Assembly (NCBI GenBank): GCA_963781585.1
Contig: CAWAGQ010000011.1
Span: forward strand, 256,001-320,000
From: an uncultured Gemmatimonadaceae bacterium
Lineage (GTDB): Bacteria; Gemmatimonadota; Gemmatimonadetes; Gemmatimonadales; Gemmatimonadaceae
Length of the DNA stretch: 64,000 bases
Direction of reading: 5' to 3'
Shown: one piece after another, positions 10,227 to 20,659 of the stretch
Position numbering within the stretch: the first letter of the stretch is position 1
Layout: every line of letters begins with the position of its first letter
Program-made: the position numbers and the translations under genes
Notes under the pieces: model-generated
Told to the model about the DNA's origin: nothing
The model's database searches: none
What the model saw: the letters and a program-made list of their open reading frames with translations, nothing else

Positions 10227-12974
10227 CTACTCACTCCGCAGCGCCGTCACCGGATCCACCCGCGCCGCCCGCAGCGCCGGCACCAGTGCCGCGGCCACCG
10301 CCACCACCAGCAGCACTGCGACCACGATCGCGATCGTCGCGGGGTCGTGCGGCGTGATGCCGTACAACAGCGACGCCACGAAGCGACCGGCAAGAATGGC
10401 GAGCGCCACACCCACCGCGACGCCGATCACCACGGTGCGCAGGCCGTCGGTGAGCACGTGCTTCACCACGTCGCCCAGACGCGCCCCCAGCGCGACCCGC
10501 ACACCGAATTCGTGGGTTCGCTGGTTCACGTTGTACGATACCGTGCTGTACACGCCCACCGCCGCCACCACCGCGGCGAGGATCCCGAACAGCGTGAAGA
10601 GCGTCGCCCCCAGCCGCCACGGCCGGTACTGCGGCGCCATGACGTCAGACATCCGCTCGATCACCGGCTCCCCGTCGGGGAACGCCTGCTTGAGTGTCGC
10701 GCGCACTTCGCCGACGACGGCCGGAACATTCTGCTCGCTGGCGCGGATCGCGAGCTGGCGAGAGTTGTATGCGACGAACGGCATGTTCCCGAGCGGCAGA
10801 TAGAACTGCGGCGTGGCGTCTTCGATCACTGCACCCCAACGCGCTGTCTCCACCACGCCGATCACGGCGTTGCAGCGTCCGTCGGGTTCCGCAAACCGCA
10901 CGCAGCGGCCGAGCGGGTCCTGGCCCGGCCACAGCGCCTTCGCCATTGCGCTGTTGACGATGACGGCCGGCGCCGAGCCGGGGCCCTCGTCAGGCGGGAA
11001 GTCGCTGCCCGAGACGATGCGCGTCCCGGTGGTCGCGAAGTATCCCGGTGACACCGCCCAGAACATGCCCATGGGCTTGGGGTGCGCGATGGTGTCGGTC
11101 TCCGGGAAGTACGTCTCCGTACTGAAGCCCCACATGGGGCGCATCCCCGCGAGCGCCGCGCCCTGGATTCCCGGCATGCCGCGCAGACGATCCACGACCT
11201 CGGCCAGTCTCGGCGACAACGTCGAGTCGCGATGCGGATCCTTCGACTCGAAGACCATGTGCGCGTACAGCAACCCTCTGACGTCGAAGCCCAGATCGAG
11301 CGCGCGAACGTTCGCGAGGCTGCGCACGAACAAGGCGGCGCCCACGAGCAGCATCACCGAGAGCGCGGCCTGCGTGACCACGAGTGCCGAGCGGGCGCGG
11401 GAGCGTCGCACGTAGCCCTCGCGCGCGCCGGCCTTGAGCACCTCGGTGAGCTCGGTCGATCCGGACTGCAGGGCCGGAATCGCGCCCGCGACCATCCCCG
11501 CGGCAAGGGTCGCGAGCGCCGCGCCGCCAAGCACACGCCAGTCGACCGGCGAATGCGCCCAGTGCACGTCAGGCAGGAGGAGGGCCCGCAGCGCGAGACC
11601 GCCCCACTGCGCCGCGAGAATCGCACCCACGCCGGCGAGCAACGCCAGCAGGACGCTCTCCGACAGCACCAGGCGCGTGAGCCGGGCCCGCGAAATGCCG
11701 AGCGCCAGGCGCATCGCGATCTCCCGCCGCCGGCGGACGGCGCGCGCGAGCAACAGATTCACCACGTTGGCGCAAGCGATGATCAGCACGATGAGCGCGA
11801 CGCCGCCGAGGCGCACCGCGATCTCCACCTCCTGCTGCTTCTTCCCCGGTCCACGCGCGGCAATGATCGAGCCGGTGCGCGCGACCGATGTCGAATCGAG
11901 CAGCGCAGTGGGTCGCGACTGCCCGGACTGGCCCTCATTGTTGCGCGAAGCGATCACGTCATCGGGACGCCGCAGCACCGCGGTCGTCTGCGCATCGATC
12001 GCGTCGTCGCTGGCGCCGGCGGCCTCACGAATGAGAACCTTGAAACCATTGACATTGCTGTCCAACCACCACGGCGTGTTGCCGCGTGACTTCATGCTGG
12101 CGAACGGCACCCACACGTCGACCGCGTCCAGATCAACGCCGGTGAATTGCGGGTCGCAGACGCCGACGATCGCGTACGACTCATCGTTCAGCAGGATCGA
12201 TTGGCCGAGCACGCCCGGGTCGCCGCCCAGGCTGTGCCGAAAGAAGCGATCGCTCACCACTGCCACTTTGAGCCCGGCACCCAGGCGGTCTTCCTCGGCG
12301 GAGAAGAACCGCCCCTGAGCGGGCCGCACGCCGAGGAGGCGAAAGTAGTCGTCCGAGGTGGAGACCATCTTGGCCTGTGGCGCAGCGAACCCTCGGCCAA
12401 CCTTCACCTGCTCCGGCCCGCGATAGATCGCGGTCGTGCCTAGGCCGGCCAGCCCCTCGCGGATGAGTTCGTATCGCTGGTAGTCGTAGCCGGGCCAGAA
12501 CTGTCGCCCGCTACGGAAGTCCCGTTGCGTCCAGAGCCGCCGCACCTGCTCCGGATGCACGACCCCGGTGGGCGGCCGCAGGTAGACGGCGTTGAGCAGG
12601 GTGAACATCGCGGCGTTGACGCCGAGTCCGAGTGCGAGCGTGAGGATGATGGTGGCGGTGACGGCCGGGGTGCGGCGCAGCGAGCGCGCGGCGTAGGCGA
12701 TGTCCTGTCGCCACGCGTCGAGCCGTTCGCCACGCTTCTCGCGGCGCGCCATGCGCTCGTCGATGTCGCGCAGTCCGCGGCGCACGGTGGTCACGTCGCC
12801 GAACTCCTCGAGCGCCACGGTGCGCGCCGCCTCGGGCGTCATCCCCTGCGCCACCAGCTCGTCGATGCGCGCCTCAAGGTGGAAGTGCAGCTCGTCGTCG
12901 ATGTCGCCCTGCACGTTGCGGCGCAGGAAGCGGAGGTATCGGCGCCAGCGTGGCGTGCCGCTCAGAAACTCCAT
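10227..12974 (-). CDS. ADOP-type ABC permease
   Basis: 915 aa; DIDDELHFHL N-terminal extension, LALGLGVNAAMF, ACANVVNLLLAR, RAARVDPVTALRSE. Confidence 0.95.
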   Translation of the reverse strand: MEFLSGTPRWRRYLRFLRRNVQGDIDDELHFHLEARIDELVAQGMTPEAARTVALEEFGDVTTVRRGLRDIDERMARREKRGERLDAWRQDIAYAARSLRRTPAVTATIILTLALGLGVNAAMFTLLNAVYLRPPTGVVHPEQVRRLWTQRDFRSGRQFWPGYDYQRYELIREGLAGLGTTAIYRGPEQVKVGRGFAAPQAKMVSTSDDYFRLLGVRPAQGRFFSAEEDRLGAGLKVAVVSDRFFRHSLGGDPGVLGQSILLNDESYAIVGVCDPQFTGVDLDAVDVWVPFASMKSRGNTPWWLDSNVNGFKVLIREAAGASDDAIDAQTTAVLRRPDDVIASRNNEGQSGQSRPTALLDSTSVARTGSIIAARGPGKKQQEVEIAVRLGGVALIVLIIACANVVNLLLARAVRRRREIAMRLALGISRARLTRLVLSESVLLALLAGVGAILAAQWGGLALRALLLPDVHWAHSPVDWRVLGGAALATLAAGMVAGAIPALQSGSTELTEVLKAGAREGYVRRSRARSALVVTQAALSVMLLVGAALFVRSLANVRALDLGFDVRGLLYAHMVFESKDPHRDSTLSPRLAEVVDRLRGMPGIQGAALAGMRPMWGFSTETYFPETDTIAHPKPMGMFWAVSPGYFATTGTRIVSGSDFPPDEGPGSAPAVIVNSAMAKALWPGQDPLGRCVRFAEPDGRCNAVIGVVETARWGAVIEDATPQFYLPLGNMPFVAYNSRQLAIRASEQNVPAVVGEVRATLKQAFPDGEPVIERMSDVMAPQYRPWRLGATLFTLFGILAAVVAAVGVYSTVSYNVNQRTHEFGVRVALGARLGDVVKHVLTDGLRTVVIGVAVGVALAILAGRFVASLLYGITPHDPATIAIVVAVLLVVAVAAALVPALRAARVDPVTALRSE

Positions 12975-13004
12975 TGGTCTTGCGGGCCGGGTGTCGGAGG
13001 GTCG

Positions 13005-13379
13005 TCAGGCAGGCGCGGGCGTGGCGCGCATCACGCGTGCGACGGCGGCGACGTAGTCGTTCCAGGACGCCGTCTCGCTGCGCAGGGCGCGCCGTCCCGC
13101 CGTGGTGAGGCGATAGAACCTGGCGCGCTTGCCTTTCTCGGAGGTGCCCCATTCCGACTCCACCCAGCCGCGCTCTTCCATGCGGTGCAGGGAGGTGTAG
13201 AGCGCGCCGTCGAGCACCTTGAACGATCCGTCGGAGCCGCTGCGGATGAAGCGTGCGACGGCGTAGCCGTGCATCGGACCCCAGGAGAGGGCGCGGAGGA
13301 CGAGCACGTCGAGGGTGCCCTGGAGGAGGTCAAGCTCGGGCGGTGACTGGGGTAGGGGCGGGGGCGGGGGCGGGTTCAT
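13005..13379 (-). CDS. padR: PadR-family transcriptional regulator (Acidobacteria/Gemmatimonas type)
   Basis: LLQGTLDVLVL...PMHGYAVA...GALYTSLHRME...SEWGTSEKGKRARFYRLT; directly upstream of an ADOP gene. Confidence 0.93.
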   Translation of the reverse strand: MNPPPPPPLPQSPPELDLLQGTLDVLVLRALSWGPMHGYAVARFIRSGSDGSFKVLDGALYTSLHRMEERGWVESEWGTSEKGKRARFYRLTTAGRRALRSETASWNDYVAAVARVMRATPAPA

Positions 13380-13385
13380 GCCGCG

Positions 13386-13427
13386 ATGATAGCGTCGCGC
13401 GCTGATTCCATCAAGTGTTGAGTGAAT
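13386..13427 (-). promoter_or_regulatory. Probable leaderless promoter of padR with operator-like palindrome
   Basis: Minus strand TTGATG(13414-13409)-17 nt-TATCAT(13391-13386)-6 nt-ATG; imperfect palindrome ATTCcaTCAA-gtg-TTGAgtGAAT (13405-13427) covers the -35. Confidence 0.6.
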
Positions 13428-13620
13428 AACAACGGGCGTGGTTGAGGAGGTGTGGCGGGGAAGCGAGCCGGGCTGGCGTTCCTTCTGCCGGCGGCGATAA
13501 TCACGACCAGGCCCCGATGCCAGGAGCGTCTGACGTGCAGTGCCGGGAACCCATGCGCCTGCATTCGTGCACCGCCGGACTCACGTCCGGGCTTCCGTCC
13601 ATGCACGGATTCACCGCGCC

Positions 13621-14313
13621 ATGACCACCGAGGCCTTCGGCACCAGAGTCCTCTCCTTCTATAGAAGTCTCCGGACACCGCGCGCGCTGCCCCGCGGGGT
13701 CGGAGTGCTGTCTCCATATCGCGAGCCCGTCGTGCGCGAATGCATGGAGCGCTTCTACACGGCGTTCTTCTCCGACGCGCGCGAACGGGTGTTCGTGCTC
13801 GGCATCAATCCCGGCCGGTTTGGCGCCGGTGTCACCGGCATCACCTTCACCGATCCGGTGGCGCTCGAGGAGTACTGTGGCATCCCGAACCCGTTGCCGA
13901 AGCGACGCGAGCTCTCGTCACGCTTCCTCTACGACTTCATCGAGCACTGCGGTGGCGCGACCGCGTTCTACCGGGCGTTCTTCCTCACGGCAGTCTGTCC
14001 GGTGGGATTCACGCGCGGTGGACTCAACCTGAACTACTACGATGAGGCAGCGCTCATGGCCGCCGTGCGGCCGTACATCGTTCGCACGCTCAATCGCCAG
14101 CTCGCGCTGGGCGCGCGGCGCGGCACCGCGATCGTGCTGGGGGCGGGGCGCAACCACGCGCTGCTGGCTGCTCTCAACGAGGAGCACGGGTTCTTCCGCA
14201 CGATCATCCCCATCGAACATCCGCGCTTCATCATGCAGTACCGGCGGAAGCGGGTGGGCGAGTACCTGAAGCGATACCACGAGGCGTTTCGGCGAGCGTT
14301 GGACGGAGCGTGA
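13621..14313 (+). CDS. Uracil-DNA glycosylase superfamily protein, SMUG2/DUF4918-like
   Basis: LGINPGRFGAGVTGITFTDP, ELSSRF, NYYD and EHPRFIMQYRRK motifs. Confidence 0.85.
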   Translation: MTTEAFGTRVLSFYRSLRTPRALPRGVGVLSPYREPVVRECMERFYTAFFSDARERVFVLGINPGRFGAGVTGITFTDPVALEEYCGIPNPLPKRRELSSRFLYDFIEHCGGATAFYRAFFLTAVCPVGFTRGGLNLNYYDEAALMAAVRPYIVRTLNRQLALGARRGTAIVLGAGRNHALLAALNEEHGFFRTIIPIEHPRFIMQYRRKRVGEYLKRYHEAFRRALDGA

Positions 14314-14600
14314 GAGAGCCGCTGCGATTGAGGGTCGCTCCGCGTGGCGCCGGAGCAGCTCGTCGGCGATATCCCGACACACCGGGCCGTCCTCGTTGTC
14401 ACTGGGTAACGGGGATGCGCGATCCCTTCGATGCCGCGTCCAGCGTCGTATCGTCCACCTGTCACACTCGACAGGCAGAATCTTCTCTGGCGCATTGGGC
14501 CCAATGCCGCACATTGCGTGGAGGAGGTGAACGATTCGGCGTTGCGAGGCCAAGCTCGCACCGCGCCGGTCCATCGATCTACGGGGAAGCGGGGCGTCAG

Positions 14601-17600
14601 ATGGCTCGACGATACCTCGGACTATTGCTGTTCTGGTGCGTGACCGCGGGTTCGCGAGCGGCAGCACAGCATCCGCTGCGCGTACTCGAGTTCCGGCCCG
14701 GAGCGAGCGCCGCGCCCGGCGACGTCTTCACCATCACGTTCGATCGGCCGGTGGCGGGGATGATCGAGCAGACATTCGATCCGGCACGCGTCGTGACGAT
14801 CGTGCCGGACATCCCCCTGCGGGTCGAATGGCGGGATCCAGCCACGATTCGCGTCGCGCCGTTGACGTTGCTCAGCGCGGGACGCGAGTACGTTCTCCAG
14901 GTCGACACGACGTTTGCCGCGGTGGACGGCGCGCGACTCGACGCGCCGGCGCAGTTCCGCATCCGGGTGCACGGTCCGCGGCTCATGGCGTCCATTCCCC
15001 GGTTCGTTGCAGCGCGAGACGCACCAACGCTCACTCCTGACGGCCAGCTCCGCTTCGCCTACAGCGCGCCGATCGACAGTGCCGCGTTCGGGCGCGTGGT
15101 GCGCGTGGAGATCACCCGTGACGGCGACTGCTCCGCGGCCGCAATTCCGTTTCGGGTGATCTCGCAGCGCCTCCCGACCGATGCGGATTACTGGGTCCCG
15201 CGTTCCTATCCGCGCGACTCGGTGCGGGATCGCTTTCTGCGCGTGGTCGAGATGCGACCGGAGGTCCCGCTGCCCGATGGCTGCACCGGTGAGATCTCGC
15301 TCCCGTCGCTGGATTCGCTCGACGCCCGCGTAGTCCGCTATCCGATTCATACGGCAGCCCCGTTCCAGCTCGCTCCGATCGCATGTCTGGGATTCGACTG
15401 CGTTTCGGGCGCCGGCATCGCGCTCCGCTTCTCGGCCCTGGTTCGCGTCGACGAGCTGCGCGCGCACGTGCACTTCGAGCCCTCGGACGCATTCACGCCG
15501 TCGTGGCCGGACGGAGTGGCGGGAGGGCGGTCCACGCCGAGCGTGCAGTATCTGACCGTGGTCACGCGGTTCGAGCCGCGGCAGTCCTATCGCGTGCTGA
15601 TCGACTCGACGCTGCGGGATGTCTACGACCGGCCGTTTGCCGGTGCGCGGGTGGTTCCCATCGCGTCGGGGGATCGAGCGGCCGGGGCAGGTCACTTTGC
15701 GGGCATGGTGACGCTGCCGCGCGACGTCGCACCCGTCCTTCGCGTGCGACACGTGAACGTGGACACGGTCGAACTGATCCTGACTCCGGTACCCGACGGC
15801 AAGCGGGCGGAGAGGTTGTTAGGCAGAGCGGACGGCCGCACGGCGCGCGCGCCGACGATCCGGCGCACGGTGGTGCTGCACGCCCCCTTCAATGAAGTGC
15901 GGGTGACCGACGTTTCGCTGCCCGAGCTCGCGGATCGATACCATGACGGCCTCCTGGGCGTCCAGGTGCGCGTGCGGCATCTGATGACGCTTGGCGGGCG
16001 GCTGGCTCAGGCGGCGGCGGCGGGGATCGTGAAGGGCCAGGACACGGTGCCGACACCGATGGCGCTGTTCCAGCGCTCGAATCTTGCGGTGCACGCGGTG
16101 GTGGGCGAATCGGAGGGCGCCGTGTTCGTCACCGACGTGCGGACGGGGAGGCCCGTCCAGGACGCCGAGGCGCGATTGATGGACCGAACGGGAGCTATTC
16201 AGGCGAGTGGCACCAGCGACGCCAGGGGTGTGGCAGTGCTTCGGCCGCTTCGCGCCGGCCCGGTGCGGACTCCCGATGATCCCGACGGCAACCCCTGGGC
16301 CTGGCAGCGTCGGATGGAGGCGAGCCGCGTGGTCGAGGTGGCGGCGCGCGGGGATCGGGTGATCACGTCGGTGGGAGGCGACGACGACCTCGGGGTCGCG
16401 GCCGCATGGTCGAGCTACGGCTCGTGGGTCATGAGTCCCTCACCGAGTCACGCAGCAGTATTCACCGATCGGGGGATCTATCGCCCGGGTGAGCCGGTGT
16501 TCGCCGCGGCCGTGTTGCGCGATGGGCCGCTCGCGAATCTGCGTGCGCCGGAGCGCGGCACGCGGGTGCGGTGGCGGGTGATCGGGTTCACCCCCGAGAA
16601 GGGGTGGAGCACCGTGCGCGAAACCGTCCGCACGCTCGGGGCGTTCGGAACTGCGACGGATTCCTTTCAGGTGATGCCTGACGCGGCGCTTGGCGGCTAT
16701 CAGCTGCAGGCGGCGGTCCGCGTCGGTGGGGGGTGGGAGACGCTCGGCTCGGCGAGTTACCGCGTGGCGGAATATCGCGCCCCCGAGTTCCTGGCGAAGC
16801 TCGTCCCGGACAGCGGCGTCCGGTTCCTTGGCGACACAGCGCGCGCAGCGCTTTCGGCGCGGTTTCTGTTCGATGCCCCGATGCCCTACGCGCGGGTCAG
16901 GTGGCGGGGGACGTTCACGCCGCTGACGGCCGCCGACGTGACCATCCCCAACGTTCCGCGAGGGTTCTCGATCGGGGATCAGAGACCGTGGTGGGACCCG
17001 TCGGCACAGCAATCCGCGCGCTCCGTATCCGGCGTCGATTCGCTCGATATTGGCGGCCACCTGTCGTTGCGCATCCCAACGGCCAACATCGACATGCGCA
17101 CCGGGGCGCGGCTCCGATACGAGGTCGCGGTGGAGGACGTGAACCGACAGACGGTCACCGCCAGCGCGACGCAGCTCCTGCACGCGGCCTCGTTCTATCT
17201 GGCGCTCCGGGATGCCGGCCGGACGTACTGGTGGAACACCGGCGTACCCCGCCGGGTTGAGGTCCTTGCCGTGCGGCCAGACGGCCGGCGGGTCGCCGGT
17301 GTGCCGGTGCGGGTCGCACTCGTGAGGCATCGGTACGAGGAAGATCAGCCCGGTGGGCGACCCACCGGTCGCTGGCGGTGGATCCAGGACACGGTTCGAA
17401 TCGACTCGGTGGTGACGGCGGATACCGCCGTGGGGCTCGACGTCCGGGCGCCGAACGGGGGCTATCACACCATCGTGGTCACCGCGCGTGACGACGCCAG
17501 GCGGCCGGTACGCGCCAGCCTCGCCCGGTACGTACTCGGCGGCGGCGGGGTGCGGTGGGGCGACTCGCCAACGAGGCTCGATCTGGTGGTGTCAACCGAA

Positions 17601-20480
17601 GAACAACGCGTTGGGGACACCGCGACGGTTGCGTTCGTGTCGCCGTTCGATTCGGCGGAAGCCTGGGTGACGGTGGAGCGGGAGACCGTGCTCTGGCAGC
17701 GGCGGATGACGGTGGCCGCGGGGCCGGCCACGGTGGCGATACCGATCACCGAGCCCTTCGTGCCTAACGTCTTCGTGTCGGTGCTGCTGGTGAATCATGG
17801 GAATGCGGCACGCCTGGACTCGCTCCAGCAGCGGATGCGGCGCGGAAGCGCCGCGATCCGCGTCGACCCCGCGCCGAAGCGCCTGGACGTGCGGGTTCAG
17901 CCGGAGCGCGCTGAGTACGGCCCAGGCGACAGCGCGGCCGTGGTCGTACGGGTGGGCGATCACGCCGGACGAGCTGTGCCGGGTGCGGTTGCGGTGTGGG
18001 CCGTGGACGAAGGCGTCCTCGCCCTGACCGGGTATGAGCGGCCCGATCCGGTGGCCGTAATCTTCCATCCCGTCGCCCCGGGCCTGCGTCACGCGACGAC
18101 CCTCACGATGCTGCCCACCGGCGACCCGACGTTCCTGCGGCGGATGATCGGTTACGACGTGAACGGAAAGCCGGTGGTGAACCTTCTGAGTGAAGTCGTG
18201 ACGACGGGCGCGGCGGTTGCCAGCGAGGCAAGGCGGTTGGTCGACGCGACGTCGCCTGATGCCGCCATCGAGGCACTCCGGTCGGACTTCCGAACCACCG
18301 CGTTCTTCCGGGCGTTCGTGCGCACCGGCGCCGATGGCTCGGCGCGGGTCGCCTTCAGGCTGCCCGACAACGTCACGACGTTCCGGGTGATTGCGGTGGC
18401 GGCGTCGCAGGGCGACCGGTTCGGCAGCGGCGAGTCGCCGCTGGTATCGACCAAAGCGCTGGTGATCCGCGCCGCGCTGCCACGCTTCGTACGGCCGGGC
18501 GACGAGTTCGTTGCCGGCGGCGTGGTGAACGCGCGCGACGGGCGCATCAGCGACATCGACGTGAGCGCGAGCGCGGCCGGCATGGCGCTGGTCGGTGACA
18601 GCACGCACCACCTTGCTCTGGCCGCGTCGGGAAGCGAGGCGCGTTTTCACTGGCGCGTACCGGAAGGCGACTCGGTCCGGGTCCGGCTTGCGGTTCGCGC
18701 CGCGGCGTCGCGCGACGCGGTGAGCGTGCGGCTGGCGATTCGGCCGGACTACACGCCCCGCGCACACACGCTGGCCGGCGTGGTCCGCGACAGCGCACGG
18801 GTGCAGTTCGTGCTGCCGGCTGGAATCGATGCTGGGCGCTCGCGCCTGACGATACGCGTGGGTTCCTCGCCGATGCCCACCATCGAGATGGCGGGGCAGT
18901 ATCTCACGTCGTACCCATATCTCTGCACCGAGCAGCTGATGAGTGCCGGCAACTATCTCGTCTCGCAGCTCGAGCTGGATGCCGCGGGCGCCGCCAAGGC
19001 GCGGGACGCCAAGGGGATGCGCCGACAACTGCAGGAGGTCGTCGACCAGCTGGCCAAGCGGCAGACCGCGGCCGGCGGATTCGGATACTGGTCGCGCGAC
19101 GGGTGGACGACCACCTGGCTCAGCGCGAACACCGGATTGTTCCTGACCGCTGCCAGGGATCGCGGCGCGCACGTCGGCGTCGACGTGTTCGCGCGATTGA
19201 CAAAGTACCTGATCGACTCGCTGGCCCTGATGCCGGTGATGCCCGACACCACCTACGGCACCCGCACCGAGCGGTGGCTGACGACGTCGGCGCAATTGAG
19301 CGACCGACTGGCCACGGCACAGTATCTTGCGCGTGTGCACGATGCCCGCGGAGCACGGGCGGCGCTCGAGCTCGTGCCCGTCGCGCATCGCCTCTGGTGG
19401 GAGGACCGTATCTGGCTGGCGCAGCTGCTGTACGGTGTCGGGCACGAGCGGGAGGCACGCACGCTGCTGGACAGCGCGTGGACGAGGGTAACCATGGCAG
19501 GGGCGCGCGTGGACATTCCCGACTCGCTGGTCAACACGGGACTGTTTCCGTCACGAATCCGTCCGGCCGCGCGGCTGCTCTCGGCGACGCTCGCGATCGA
19601 CCCCGGGAACGAGCGGACAGGCGCGCTGGTGGAGCGCATCGTGCAGCGTGCGCGCAGCCAATCGGTGTGGTGGTGGAACACGCAGGACTACGCCGCGGCC
19701 GCGCACGCGCTGTCGGAATTCACGATGCGGCTGCCCGCGCGATCGGTGGAGGTGACGGTGCGTTCCGGTCTGGGGGAAGTGCGATCGAACGTGCTTGCGA
19801 CCGTCGCGGCGTCGCGGAGAGACGCCCGCGACACGACCGTGGCGCTCAGCGGGCTGGTCGAGGCACGCGGCGATTCGGTGTGGGTGCCGCTGACGCTCAC
19901 GGCCGCCAATGGGCCTGTGTACTACGCGCTGACCGTCGAGGAGGTCCCGCTCGAGCGGCCGACCACGCCCGATGTGCGGGGCATCTCGGTGGAGCGCTGG
20001 TACGAGCGCTTCGATGACGGTCGCCCGGTCACCGAATTGCGTGAGGGCGAGCTGGTACGCGTACGGCTGCGGGTCACGGTGCCCGGTGATCGCGAGTTCG
20101 TGGCGCTCGAGGACCCGCTGCCGGCCGGACTGGAAGCGGTGGATCTCTCGCTGCGCACGTCGGGCACGTTAGGCCCGTTCACCACGCCGGCCAGCGACAG
20201 CGCGCGGCGCGCGCGCGACCGGCAGGCGATGGGGCCGTCGCTGTTCGGCGCCTGGGACAACGGCTGGTGGACGCCGTGGGAGCACACGGAAATGCGGGAC
20301 GATCGCGTGGTGTACTTCGCGCGGTTTCTGTGGCGCGGGACGTACACGGCCACGTATGTGGCCCGCGCGACGACCAGCGGCCGCTTCGTGCGCGTGCCGG
20401 CGCACGCCGAGGAGATGTACAATCCCGCGCTCAGCGGGCGGAGCGAAGGGGGATGGTTCCGGGTGGTGGAGCGGCGCTGA
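14601..20480 (+). CDS. Bacterial alpha-2-macroglobulin family protein with Ig-like N-terminal domains
   Basis: Likely start MARRYLGLLL at 14601; FTDRGIYRPGE, VAEYRAPEF, AVDEGVLALTGY, LPDNVTTFRV, YPYLCTEQ thioester motif (18924-18935), NTQDY, EEMYNP. Confidence 0.92.
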   Translation: MARRYLGLLLFWCVTAGSRAAAQHPLRVLEFRPGASAAPGDVFTITFDRPVAGMIEQTFDPARVVTIVPDIPLRVEWRDPATIRVAPLTLLSAGREYVLQVDTTFAAVDGARLDAPAQFRIRVHGPRLMASIPRFVAARDAPTLTPDGQLRFAYSAPIDSAAFGRVVRVEITRDGDCSAAAIPFRVISQRLPTDADYWVPRSYPRDSVRDRFLRVVEMRPEVPLPDGCTGEISLPSLDSLDARVVRYPIHTAAPFQLAPIACLGFDCVSGAGIALRFSALVRVDELRAHVHFEPSDAFTPSWPDGVAGGRSTPSVQYLTVVTRFEPRQSYRVLIDSTLRDVYDRPFAGARVVPIASGDRAAGAGHFAGMVTLPRDVAPVLRVRHVNVDTVELILTPVPDGKRAERLLGRADGRTARAPTIRRTVVLHAPFNEVRVTDVSLPELADRYHDGLLGVQVRVRHLMTLGGRLAQAAAAGIVKGQDTVPTPMALFQRSNLAVHAVVGESEGAVFVTDVRTGRPVQDAEARLMDRTGAIQASGTSDARGVAVLRPLRAGPVRTPDDPDGNPWAWQRRMEASRVVEVAARGDRVITSVGGDDDLGVAAAWSSYGSWVMSPSPSHAAVFTDRGIYRPGEPVFAAAVLRDGPLANLRAPERGTRVRWRVIGFTPEKGWSTVRETVRTLGAFGTATDSFQVMPDAALGGYQLQAAVRVGGGWETLGSASYRVAEYRAPEFLAKLVPDSGVRFLGDTARAALSARFLFDAPMPYARVRWRGTFTPLTAADVTIPNVPRGFSIGDQRPWWDPSAQQSARSVSGVDSLDIGGHLSLRIPTANIDMRTGARLRYEVAVEDVNRQTVTASATQLLHAASFYLALRDAGRTYWWNTGVPRRVEVLAVRPDGRRVAGVPVRVALVRHRYEEDQPGGRPTGRWRWIQDTVRIDSVVTADTAVGLDVRAPNGGYHTIVVTARDDARRPVRASLARYVLGGGGVRWGDSPTRLDLVVSTEEQRVGDTATVAFVSPFDSAEAWVTVERETVLWQRRMTVAAGPATVAIPITEPFVPNVFVSVLLVNHGNAARLDSLQQRMRRGSAAIRVDPAPKRLDVRVQPERAEYGPGDSAAVVVRVGDHAGRAVPGAVAVWAVDEGVLALTGYERPDPVAVIFHPVAPGLRHATTLTMLPTGDPTFLRRMIGYDVNGKPVVNLLSEVVTTGAAVASEARRLVDATSPDAAIEALRSDFRTTAFFRAFVRTGADGSARVAFRLPDNVTTFRVIAVAASQGDRFGSGESPLVSTKALVIRAALPRFVRPGDEFVAGGVVNARDGRISDIDVSASAAGMALVGDSTHHLALAASGSEARFHWRVPEGDSVRVRLAVRAAASRDAVSVRLAIRPDYTPRAHTLAGVVRDSARVQFVLPAGIDAGRSRLTIRVGSSPMPTIEMAGQYLTSYPYLCTEQLMSAGNYLVSQLELDAAGAAKARDAKGMRRQLQEVVDQLAKRQTAAGGFGYWSRDGWTTTWLSANTGLFLTAARDRGAHVGVDVFARLTKYLIDSLALMPVMPDTTYGTRTERWLTTSAQLSDRLATAQYLARVHDARGARAALELVPVAHRLWWEDRIWLAQLLYGVGHEREARTLLDSAWTRVTMAGARVDIPDSLVNTGLFPSRIRPAARLLSATLAIDPGNERTGALVERIVQRARSQSVWWWNTQDYAAAAHALSEFTMRLPARSVEVTVRSGLGEVRSNVLATVAASRRDARDTTVALSGLVEARGDSVWVPLTLTAANGPVYYALTVEEVPLERPTTPDVRGISVERWYERFDDGRPVTELREGELVRVRLRVTVPGDREFVALEDPLPAGLEAVDLSLRTSGTLGPFTTPASDSARRARDRQAMGPSLFGAWDNGWWTPWEHTEMRDDRVVYFARFLWRGTYTATYVARATTSGRFVRVPAHAEEMYNPALSGRSEGGWFRVVERR

Positions 20481-20659
20481 GGTGACGCTACGCCTTGTCG
20501 TCGAGAACGCCGCAAAACAATGGCGGCAGGTCGATCAGGAGTGGCTCCGGCGCGCCGGCGGGTTGCCACGTCAGGCGCTCGTCGAGCACCTCGGGGCGAT
20601 CGTCCTGCGGACGCCACCGTTCGAGCAGCTGCGCATCCTGATCGACGAGCAGTACTCCA

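Noticed and set aside
14310..14600. Long N-terminal extension of the macroglobulin ORF (likewise 5593-6543, 27428-27754, 42189-42962, 54925-55482)
   Set aside because: Signal peptides or RBS place the real starts downstream; the extensions are open-frame run-on.
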